Positions 25,201-36,685 of a stretch of 64,000 bases of DNA are shown here, one piece after another; the first letter of the stretch is position 1; each line of letters begins with the position of its first letter. The position numbers and the translations under genes were made by a program. Below the pieces are notes generated by a model. The model was not told the DNA's origin and ran no database searches. It worked only from the letters and a program-made list of their open reading frames with translations. The DNA is from Mytilus californianus (Eukaryota). The stretch covers positions 112,778,001 through 112,842,000 of the forward strand of contig NW_026262581.1 in the NCBI RefSeq assembly GCF_021869535.1, given 5' to 3'.

Positions 25201-28200
25201 GACTTCTCAAAAAACCACAATGTAAAGTTTTCATCCCAAAACAAAAAATGTTGCCAAATTTGTGAAAACTGATGTCCCATGCATTTTTTTCCTCCTAAAA
25301 ACATTTGAAAAATGACTTTGAAGTTCAAATATTTTATGGAATTTTTTTCTAGTCACCTATTTGAAATTGCCAAATCTCAGTTTAGTGTATGCTTCTATCA
25401 CAAATTCCTTCAGAAATCAACCAAATTTAACTATTGGTAGTTCTACTAATCACTAGACTTTAGATAAAACTTTAAGAACATTTTTCCTTTGTTTGTTTTA
25501 TTTTTCATCAAGAATCAGACTTGCTTGTACCCCATGTTTAAATTTGGCTTAGTCAAATAAGAAAATAAATCAGTTTGACCTCCAACAGGGTGGAAAAGGG
25601 AAATGACTCCAACTCAAATAATGTCAGTGGAAACTATTACCGGTACAGAAGTGAGTGAATGAAATTTGATAAATCAACATGATCAACAATTAATATAATG
25701 TGGTTAATTTGTTTTTGATAATTTATATACATTGTATGGGTGAGAAAACAGAACTACTGCTAAATATTTACTATCCTCTGGGAAAAACATTTATTTATCA
25801 TATCATTTGCAAATTTATATCTTTTAAGCTCACCTGGCCCAAAGGGCCAAGTGAGCTTTTCTCATCACTTGGCGTCCGTCGTCGTCTTCCGTTAACTTTT
25901 ACAAAAATCGTCTCCTCTGAAACTACTAGGCCAAATTTAACCAAACTTGGCCACAATCATCATTAGGGTATCTAGTTTAAAAAATGTGTCTGATGACCCC
26001 GCCTGCCAACCAACATGGCCGACATGGCTAAAAATAGAACATAGGGGTAAAATGCAGTTTTTGGCTTATATCTCTGAAACCAAAGCATTTAGAGCAAATC
26101 TGACATGGGGGGTAAAATGTTCATCAGGTCAAGATCTATATGCCCTGAAATTTTCAGATGAATCAGACAACCCGTTGTTGGATTGCTGCCCCTGAATTGG
26201 TAATTTTAAGGCAATTTTTCCGTTTTTATACGACCGCAAAAAAATTTTGCGGTTGTATATTGGTATGACGTTGGCGTCATCGACGTTGTCATCGTCTCCG
26301 GCGTTGTCGTCCGAAGACACATTGGTTTTCGCACTCTAACTTTAGTTTAAGTGAATGGATCTCTTTGAAATTTTACCATAAGGTTCAATACCACAAAAGG
26401 AAGGTGGGGATTGATTTTGGGGGTTATGGTACCAACAGTTAAGGAATTAGGGGCCAAAAAGGGGCTAAAAATAAGCATTTTCTAGTTTCCAGACAATAAC
26501 TGTGGAACGGTGTATGGATCTCTCTGAAATTATACTACAAGTTTCCATACCACAAAGGGATGGTTAGGATTTGCTTTGGGGGGGTTATGGCTCAAACCGT
26601 TTAGGAATTAGGGGCAAAAAAGGGGGAAAAACAAGGTTGTCCTGGTTAATGGACAAATACTTTAGTACAAAACATAATTTAAAGCAGTGTAAGGAAGATA
26701 AATCAAATACATCATTGAAATTATCTCCCTTACACTGCTTTTAAATTATGTATAAAGTAATGATTAATGAACAATTAAGATAATTTAAAACAGTGTAAGG
26801 GAGGTAATCCAAATACAATGTTTTGGTTACTTCCCTTACACTGCTTTTAAATTATGTTTAAAGAAATGTATATTTATAAAGGAAGACCAGTAAAAATATC
26901 TGCAAAAAATTCCATATGAAAGATTTGACACTATATTTTAAATTCTATTATAAAATAGATTAAGTTAGCACTATGGTAAATTTAAATGGGTAATTATGGT
27001 TGCAAACTCCATTGGAAATTTGAATTGAGATTATGACCATATCTTGATGCACAGTATGGCGCATTAGATTTGTAAAATCTTTGACCACATTTATTTATTT
27101 GTTATGCCGAATCTAACCGTGTATTTAGATTTTTAATTTTGGGTCCAGGTTTCAAATTGGTCTACATTAAGGTCCAAAGGGTCCAAAATTAAACTTTGTT
27201 TGATTTTAACAAAAATTGAATATATGGGGTTCTTTGATATGCTGAATCTAAACATGCATTTAGATTTTTGATTTTTGGCCCAGTTTTCAAGTTGGTCCAA
27301 ATTGGGGTCCAAAATTAAACTTTGTTTGATTTCAACAAAAATTGAATATATGGGGTTCTTTGATATGCTGAATCTAACCATGTATTTAGATTTTTTATTT
27401 GTGGGCCCCGCTATCAAATTGGTTCATATTGAGGTCAAAAGGGTCCAAAATTAAACTTTGTTTGATTTCATCAAAAATTGAATGATTGTGGTTCTTTGAT
27501 ATGCCAAATCTAACCGTGTTTTTAGATTTTTAATTTTGGGTCCCGTTTTTTTAAATTGGTCTACATTAAGGTCCAAAGGGTCCAAAATTAACTTAGTTTG
27601 ATTTTAACAAAAATTGAATTCTTGGGGTTCTTTGATATGCTGAATCTAAACATGTGTTTAGATTTTTGATTATGGGCCCAGTTTTCAAGTTGGTCCAAGT
27701 TGGGGTCCAAAATTAAACTTTTTTTGATTTCAACAAAAATTGAATATATGGGGTGCTTTGATATGCTGAATCTAACCATGTATTTAGATTTTTTATTTGT
27801 GGGCCCCGCTATCAAATTGGTTCATATTGAGGTCAAAAGGGTCCAAAATTAAACTTAGTTTGATTTTAACAAAAATTGAATTCTTGGGATTCTTTGATAT
27901 GCTGAATCTAAACATGTGTTTAGATTTTTGATTATGGGCCCAGTTTTCAAGTTTGTCCAAGTTGGGGTCCAAAATTAAACTTCTTAGACCACATTCTTTC
28001 TGTGTCAGAAACCTATGCTGTGTCAAATATTTAATCACAATCCAAATTCAGAGCTGTATCAAGCTTGAATGTTGTGTCCATACTTGCCCCAACTGTTCAG
28101 GGTTTGACCTCTGCGGTCGTATCAAGCTGCGCCCAGCGAAGCATTTTATTGGTTATTATCCTGAATATTATTATAGATAGAGATAAACTGTAAACAGCAA

Positions 28201-31200
28201 TAATGTTCAGCAAAGTAAGATCTACAAATAAGTCAACTTGACCAAAATGGTCAGTTGACCCCTTAAGGAGTTATTGCCCTTTATAGTCAATTTTTAACCA
28301 TTTTTCGTAAATTTTTGTAATCTTTTACAAAAATCTTCTTCTCTGAAACTACTGAGACAAATTTAACCAAACTTGTCCACAATCATCATTAGGGTATCTA
28401 GTTTAAAAAATGTGTCCGATGACCCCGCCCGCCAACCAAGATGGCCAACATGGCTAAAAAATAGTACATAGGGTAAAATGCAGTTTTTGGCTCATATCTC
28501 TGAAACCAAAGCATTTAGAGCAAATCTGATGAGTATAAAATTGTTCATTAGGTCAAGATCTATCTGCCCTGAAATTTCAGACCAATCAGGCAACCCGTTG
28601 TTGGGTTGCTGCCCCTGAATTGGTAATTTTAAGGAAATTTTGCCGTTTTTGGTTATTATCTTGAATATTATTATAGATACAGATAAACTGTAAACAGCAA
28701 TAATGTACAGCAAAGTTAGATCTACAAATAAGGCAACATGACCAAAATTGTCAATTGACCCCTTAAGGAGTTATTGCCCTTTATAGTTAATTTTTTACAA
28801 TTTTCATAAATTTTGTAAATTTTTGTAAATTTTTACAAAGTATTTTCCACTGTAACTACCGGGCCAAGTTCATTATAGATAGAGATAATAGTAAGGAGCA
28901 AGAATGTTCAGTAAAGTAAGATCTACAAACACATCACCATCACCAAAACACAATTTTGTCATGAATCCATCTGTGTCCTTTGTTTAATATGCACATAGAC
29001 CAAGGTGAGCGACACAGGCTCTTTAGAGCCTCTAGTTATAATTTCATAAATTGTTTCAAATTTGATTTGATTAGAAGATTTAATATTTGCTTTTAGATTT
29101 ACAGGCAATGTGAAATTAAAGGGAATAATTTTGATTGGAGGAGAAGATGACACACACCCTAACAAAATGAGACTGTGAGTTGATAATGCTGATGTGTATG
29201 TTTAATGACTTGATAATAACTCTTTGTATGATGTATTTGTCAAATAAGCTTAGATATCGTATCTTTTGCTTATTAAGAACAGTGTTTGATATTCTTTTTT
29301 TAGATATCATAAGTATGATGTTTTGTTTTTTTTTATCAGAATACAAGGAGATATACAGAGTTCTCGAAAGTGGTGGTCCGAATGTTTTGAACACCAAAAT
29401 TTGGCATAGGACCGACACAATTTTGGTATTTTGCAATAGAAATAATAGTGAGGACCAGCAGATTTTCTTTAAGGACCACCACGATAAAAAAGATTTCGAG
29501 AACTCTGGATGTAGGGTACATATGTTAATGAGACAGCAACCCAAGGATACACACAAAAAAATTAACATCTGTAGGTCAACTACAATCTTTAACAATAGAC
29601 AAGTGTCAAGTTATAAATTGTCTTGAGCCGAGTAAAGTGACTATATTTAAAATGACATCAGCATATTGATTGCTAAAGGACATCTCTTCCAAAATCTTCT
29701 GTGAGACTATTGCTTAATATCTTTGTTACAGATGTTCATTGATATTCCATTTATCATAGCCATAATTTGTACCTCATTTTCTAAATCAGGACTTTTCACC
29801 TGATTTTTTACTTGTTGTGCAGAACTCAACATGTGCCATCAGTTCAATTAAGTTGAAGCAGAACTGTATACCTTTCTGGAGCACCTTTGTTTACTAGTTT
29901 ATTGTGAGGTTTGTGTTGCCCAATCTTTAGTTTTCTCTGCAATTTTTTGTGGATTATTGTTTGTCTGTTTTGTTTACTTTTGTTTGGCCAATAGTGTTTT
30001 ATGTCCTTCTATGACACGATTTGTAATGCCTCCTTGGTACTTCTTAATTTTTTTGCATCTTTTTCACAATATTTTTCTCATGTAAATTTTGAACATGAAG
30101 GGTTGTATATGTCACTAAGAAAGAAGCAATAATAATTAAAACCTGCATTGTAGTGCAAAAAAGGTATGGGTGGAGGGACAAGAATAAGATTACTTGTACA
30201 GTACCTGTTGTATAAGCTGGCTGTGAAAGTTTTATAAAGGGAAATGTAAATTTTTTTAAAAATTTTATAAGATTGCACATTTCATATGTCATGAATCTTC
30301 ATTTGAAAACATTATACCCTGAAAAACAAGCTTCATTTGTATTTCTTTGTGGGAAGTAATGTTGCTAAGCCTTTTATTTTTCCGTTTATGTGTTTTGAGA
30401 GGACAGAGAGACATTCAAAACTTCAGCTACATGTTTATGCTTCCTGAAATTTTTTGTAGCACTCACTTTTCATGTTTCACTCCCCCTATTGGAATTCTTT
30501 AAAATTCTGACACAATCGCAATTGGTTTGATAAAATCAAACTGTACAAACAATTTTACAAACTGCTCAAGGATAGCCAAAGTCTATTGTCATCAAATTTA
30601 GCAGTGCTAGTCCAAGAAAATAGACTACATACAATCCTATTAGATTTGATTTCCACTACATCTTAACTATCACAGTACAAATTAATACCTTACATTATCA
30701 ATTGTAAAAGTAAAAACATATGAGCATGACAAAAAGAAGGGTAGTCATTTTTGAATTGAGATCTTTTTGACAAATTTAAGCTTTCATACTATTGTTGAAT
30801 GAACTGCAATATGTGGAGAGCAACACTAACAGTCAAGTCACAGTAATTCCTTAATAATATGGTACATATCATTAATACAACAACCTTTGACAGATTTATT
30901 AACATGTAAACATGATGAAGCAGGGTTAAATAAGACTGTAGATTAACCCATCCCCCCCCCCCCCCTTTGCTTAGATCATAGACTGAACAAATAATCAATT
31001 TGTCACATGACAAGTATAATAGCTAAACTATTATTACACATTCCCATGCATATGTTTCCTCTTCATTGGTTTTGAACTTAAAATAATAATGTTACCTGAT
31101 GATATTTCATAAAGGTTTACTGTATTTATATTTTAGATTTAAAAATCGTGCTAATATGACATTTGATGATGTTAGTGTTGATGCAGACCAGGAATTTGAA

Positions 31201-34141
31201 GTTCATCCAGATACACAAGGAGTTGTGGAATATAATCCTAAGTATGTACAATAAGTTCTTGAGTTATTAAAGAAGAAAGATTTTCCTTTAACTCTTTAAT
31301 TAATTTTTAGCAAATCTGGGACAAAGAACTCCCATTGACTTCAATTGGCATCTGTTGTAATTCTCAACATACATTATCATAAATTAAAATCTTTTCCAAA
31401 ATTTCTTCTAAGAAATTACTCTCAACAGATTGAAGTACTTTAGCAATGAAAAAGGCTGAATTATTTTGGTGTTCAGGCGGTAAAGAGTTATTTACATCGT
31501 TTTATTGGTTTTATAAGGTTAACTCATTTATCTTAACTAAACTATTGTTAAAACTGGCAGTGAATATGAATGTATATTTACTGTAAACCAACTAATTATG
31601 GGAGAGATTTTATTGTGCAACTTTTGTGAGTTAAAATATTGTGAAAATGAATCTTCATGAAGATGTTAACTTTCTTATATGAATAAAAAACAATGTTTAA
31701 AACTGAAAAAAAACCATAAATAAAAGAGGGCTGAATAGGAAAAATACAGTATCTGTGAAAATAAGTTTACAGTATATGAATTAATGGAGAGATGGGGTTA
31801 AAGTCATAGACACAGCAACACATCAACATATTTAAACCAAAAAGATGGTAAGGTCTTCAATGATACACAGGTGTTCATACCTTATGTTATGATCCTTATT
31901 GACCACAAAATCAAGAGATTGTGAAAGAATTCCACAAAGTCCATGATGATCCAACACAGATCTATCTACAACAATTTTCTTTATGGACAAAAAGATTTTG
32001 GATCTTTATCTGTCATATTTTTTACTCACATATAGTCTTAGAAGGGAAATTCTATCTGTGTGGATTTTTAATACATTTATGATATTTTAATATGAAAATA
32101 TCAAGGACTATACATAAGATAGAAAAAATTTAGACAAAGCAAAATGTAAGATAACATACTATTTTATATGGATATACATCTATATTTGATATCTTTAACA
32201 GAATGTGAAAAAAAAATAACAACTGTAAAATTATAATATATGTATCTGTGATGGATAATATAGGAAGATGTGGTATGAGTGCCAATGAGACAACTCTCCA
32301 TCCAAGTAACAATTTATAAAAGTAAACCATTATAGGTCAAGGTACGGCCTTCAACACGGAGCATTGGCTCACACCGAACAGCAAGCTATAAAGGGCCCCA
32401 AAAATTACTAGTGTAAAACCATTCAAACGGAAAAACCAACGGTCTAAACTATATAAAAACAAGAAACGAGAAACACGTATGAACTACATAAACAGACGAC
32501 AACTACTGCACATCAGATTCCTGACTTAGGACAGGTGCAAGCATTTGCAGCGGGATTAAACGTTTTAATGGTACCAAACCTTCTCCCTTTTCTAAAACAA
32601 TAGTATAACATCACAACATAGAAAGACACACTATAAAATATCAATTGGAAGGCTTAACTCAATCAAAAAACGTAAATTAACACACAATGAACGAATAAAT
32701 TTGATCTGTGATACCTGAATGCAAATACATAGTTAATAAAAATTATAAGGGATAAACAATTAAGGTCAAAAGTAAATAAACAGGTTTAAACAAAGTTAAA
32801 GTATGATACCACTGTGAAATGTTAAACAATATTGTATATATATATATTCTTTTGATGTTTTAGGGTCGTTAGATTCAGTTCTGTCCATCATCTGACAATA
32901 CATTTTCCAAGCAACTTTGGTGCAGATAATACAAAAGTATACTATATAGGTTTGAAAGGAGATTTTACAGAGGTATTTCTTCTTTGATATTAACAATTAA
33001 AAATGATCAAAACTTTTATACCAGTTAATTAAAAGGAATATTAACCAACACATTTCTTATTGATACTTTTTATACCAAAACATTGAATGAGATTTAACAG
33101 AGTTATTACTTGTTGAAATTTTGAAGTGAAAATGATAAATAGTTTTTTTACAACCTCAAATTTTTAAAATCATATATTTTATAAAATTCTATCATCATGG
33201 TAACATCTGCTAGTACATAATTTCCTTAAGGTACACTTCATCTGATTGTTGAAACATGGATACAGTCTTATTTATGACAAAATGATTGATTGAGGTCTGT
33301 CTCCTGTTATTAGAGAACTTGGTTCTAAAATTCAAATAACTGTGCATATTTTCATTTCTCCTTTGACTAATACCAGTAATTGAATAATTGGATACTAGCA
33401 GTTGGTGCTAATTTATACAAAATACAGACAAAAGTTAAAATGATTTTGGTAATGTACCCTCAAGCTTCAGAATAAAAGATGCCGAAATATACATTGGCGT
33501 TTAGCTGAATTCTTTATAGACATTCGTTCATTGTTGAAGACCCTACATCAACTGTCAAGAATAAAAGCCCGGTTTATTGATAATTTTCTATTCTATGTAT
33601 TGTGTGCGATTTTGTCCCATGTACATTTACTCCATATCCTTTCATTTTCTATGCAATTGCTGAAAAAGTAAGAACATAAATAGAATATTTGAAGTGTATT
33701 AGGAGAAAAATGTGTAATTGTGTAAAATATTGGTCTGTTTTTGGTATTTCAGACCAAAATAACACTATTCAAAGATTAAGATAAGGTTTTAGTAAAAAAG
33801 TTTATAAAAATATGTAAGTGACAGTTATGCTAATCAAATTATTTATACTGTTTAACCATACTGTACATATTTTATTAAGATCTGGAATCGAACATTCAAT
33901 TTATGTTATTACGTCTTAACTTTTCAGATAATCAGTTTGATGAATATTTATATGTCGTTCAAAAAGACCCTATCACAAAGAAATGAACTGATCAACCTTT
34001 ATGTCAAGTGAAGTAACACATGTTATTTATTTATTTAAGGCACACAGACATGAAGTGACAATTTGTACATATGAAGCCAGAGCAATGCCACAGGACCACA
34101 AGGCTAATGCATTTGATGGTGTTAATCATCAAATCTCATAA
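22205..34141 (+). CDS. PITHD1: PITH domain-containing protein 1, 211 aa, 6 exons
   Basis: Exons 22205-22402, 24820-24863, 29097-29174, 31137-31241, 32864-32972 and 34040-34141 (636 nt, GT-AG, phases consistent). His-rich N-terminus, FVESDADEELLFNIPFTGNVKLKGI, NFGADNTKVYYIGLKG and HEVTICTYEA. Confidence 0.97.
22989..23643. mobile_element. 655-bp MITE with 23-bp TIRs (hAT-like ends)
   Basis: CAGAGCTCAGACATATATAAGTC / GACTTGTTTATGTCTGAGCTCTG with repeated subterminal AAGTC/GACTT. No clear TSD. Confidence 0.75.
24345..24520 (-). mobile_element. SINE-like 3' fragment
   Basis: A GATTGATCGATTG tail-like end and a body resembling a common bivalve SINE (recalled, not searched). Confidence 0.4.
25825..29037 (+). 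mobile_element. Helentron/HINE-like family A with nested family B
   Basis: 5' AGCTCACCTGGCCC-AAA-GGGCCAAGTGAGCT, (GTC)n and ~490-bp internal repeat units. 3' GGTGAGC subTIR, hairpin AGGCTCTTTAGAGCCT and a CTAGTT end. Confidence 0.85.
26227..28150 (+). mobile_element. Family B HINE-like element carrying a ~130-bp satellite array (27100-27980)
   Basis: TATACGACCGC..GCGGTTGTATA start and a GCGGTCGTAT plus GCTGCGCCCAGC hairpin end. The (G)CTGAATCTA-type anchor occurs at ~27241, 27368, 27502, 27639, 27767 and 27901. Confidence 0.9.
29356..29507. mobile_element. 152-bp MITE with perfect 14-bp TIRs
   Basis: CAGAGTTCTCGAAA / TTTCGAGAACTCTG, flanked by GATATA and GATGTA (possible 6-bp TSD). Confidence 0.75.
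31581..31772. mobile_element. TA-flanked ~190-bp MITE, diverged
   Basis: TA-CTGTAAACCAACTAATT ... AAAATAAGTTTACAG-TA. Confidence 0.6.
32262..32720 (+). repeat. Abundant dispersed repeat of unassigned class
   Basis: The start GGAAGATGTGGTATGAGTGCCAATGAGACAACTCTCCATCC recurs at ~8806-8870 (+) and ~43535-43655 (-). A related element sharing CCTGACTT.GGACAGG lies at ~47440-47857 (-). Confidence 0.75.
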
Positions 34142-34205
34142 CAAACTATGGAGACTTATTTTTATTATTATTTTATAAATAATTATTGCTGCAATATGTA
34201 TTTTG

Positions 34206-34211
34206 AATAAA
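34206..34211 (+). promoter_or_regulatory. Probable PITHD1 polyadenylation signal
   Basis: AATAAA 65 nt after the stop, followed by T-rich sequence. Confidence 0.5.
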
Positions 34212-36324
34212 TATTCTTTTGACATTTATTTTATACTATCTCAAAAACTGTGTATGGAAAACAATTTTGAAACAAATGAGAGAAATCATCGATAAGAAGA
34301 TAAGTTATTATATTTGTGTACTATTTCACCTTATCAGTTGACCTGAATGTTCAAAATGAAGGAAGATATTGATTTTTATCATTTACATGTATTAATGATG
34401 GGGGGATTGTAACAATGCAATCATCTATATATTTTCTATGGGTAAACATCCCCCTGTCGACATCATAGAGACCAAACAGAAAGTTAGTGTTCCTTTAAAT
34501 TGGTACATTTAATAACCCCCAGCAGTTATTTAACCAGATTTATGTTCCAATCCCCACCTCCATCAACTTGTCCTGCTCTGCAGATTTAATCAGCAGTTCA
34601 AAAAGAACAATGTCATTTTAAGAGGGATTTGCTGGATTTTTCCTGCTGGCACTTATGACACAGGTCTGAGATATCCCATAACAATCCAGACTTGCAGTAA
34701 GATAACTTCTGTATGTGTTAACAATTAATTTACAGCTATGGAACTTCTACATAGGAGGCATGATGTTATAATAAAGGTAATCTAAAAATACCAAATTTGC
34801 CTCCATTCCAGAATTTTCTTTATAAATCTCATATAGTCATTGAAACTTACGGAACAAATAAGGTAAAAGAAATGAAATAAAGGCTACAAAAGATGATTTA
34901 ATCTTGTCATATTTAATTGCATTATCAAAATCCTGAATCTCATTAGACATGGTTCCTTTGTATAAAGTTGCTAATGTCAACCCTGTTTCTTTCACATTCT
35001 ATCTTATATCAATATGTTCAAGATATTTTAAACGTGTGGATTTTCAAATATTTTTCAACTACAAAATGGTCATTTCTCAAAATGGCTAATTAAGAGCATC
35101 AAGATGAGGCTTATTGACTAATACAAACAAGTGGTACTCATCGATACAAAATTCTCCAAAATGGATAAACTATAGACTGTTCAAGAATATGTAAGACTTT
35201 GAGAGTTATCTAAACATTCTAGATGACAAAAATATTTTTATTTTATATAAATTTAGGGCAGGTAACCATGCATTACCTATAGAAAAAGTAAATTTTCACA
35301 TAGTCCAAATATAATGTCAATATTCTTACTGTTTAATACTAAATAACAATCAGTTTTAAGAAAACTATGTTCATTTATTAAGTGTATTAATAAAAAGGTT
35401 AGTCCCTCCATGTAAATGTATAACACCAGACTGTCATATTTAGTTGAAACGTTTATTATACATGTCATAAAGTTGTACTTCATTTTACATTATCGTACTG
35501 CATCTGTTTACCCTAAATTATTGTATTTGTATTTATATTGTACTTTCTCTGTAAACTTGTATATAGTTTTTAGAGAATAAAGTATCTATCTAAACTTAGG
35601 GCAATTAAGAACTTACCATATATTTGATAGTTTGATTTGCCCTAGCCCAAAATAAGTCCTAAAAAGGCTTTCAGATAACAGTGCTTGCCTGTTGTTAAAG
35701 GCTTTATTTTGCCATCTGTAAAGTAATTTTGTTGGGTTGTTGTCATATTGATATATACTCCAAATTTTCCCTTTCTTCATATTTGATATTTTGACATCAA
35801 CCCAAAGATAAATGCGAATACCTAGATTACAGGATTCTAATCCCCCAAAAAAATACAGAAAAAATCAATAGAAATACTGTAGAAATTTTAATCAAAGTTC
35901 CAAATTAAATATTTCTTTCAAAATATCAAATATGAGTCAAAGTACATTACTATAGTATTATTATGATAACCATAAGCAACAATTTACATCTGTGTCAACC
36001 GAGGGTAATATATAAATACATTTCTGGAATATAGGTACCTTAATTCCAAACTTGAATAGGACTAAAATGATACATTCTGTTCATATACATGTATATACTT
36101 TATACTGCAGTTTTTTCATCAGATACTATTTCTTGAGTTAGTTTGAATACTGAGAAATTGTATAAGAGCCATAATGTTACCTCTATGATTGTGTTTGCTA
36201 TTTGTAATAGTTACTCTGTATTTGGTAGAACATGGATGCATAGCATTTTATCTTTGACATAAAAATCTCTCAAGACCTCAAAGAGTAGTGGTATAGCATT
36301 GGAGAATTTCATCTAATCAGACTG

Positions 36325-36685
36325 ACTTGTTGGTCTCTAAGAAGTGTGCTTGCCTCAAGTGCAGGAGAACCTGGGTTTCACTTCCCCCGACGGTTCAACC
36401 CAACGACATGAAAATTAATATTTTCTACTTCTCTGCTAGGCATGCAGCATTTAGGAGTAAGAGCAAAGACTGGTCAGCCTAGAGAGTTAAAAGAATGTGT
36501 CTGTGTAGGGTTACATGTCTTTATTGCAGACTGTTTCATTGTAAACTAGCATGTGAAAAATCCAGCTCAGCCTTTCTGAATTCTAGTACAAACCAGGGTT
36601 CATTTTCCTATCACATTAACATGTTCTCGTTCTGAATATCTATTTAATTTGCTACTGGATGTTTAAAAGCCATCCATCATCATCA
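36325..36685 (+). mobile_element. tRNA-derived SINE (MetaSINE-like, inferred)
   Basis: Eroded tRNA-like head, central GCAGCATTTAGGAGTAAGAGCAAAGACTGG and a CCATCCATCATCATCA tail. The 3' end also occurs at ~14345-14420. Confidence 0.6.

Noticed and set aside
27133-28180. Repetitive ORFs in the track (94, 75, 81 and 75 aa)
   Set aside because: They are translations of the satellite array and the family B 3' end.
29116-29626. Overlapping 159-aa and 148-aa ORFs
   Set aside because: Non-ATG starts, AT-rich intron sequence spanning a MITE, and no recognisable motifs.
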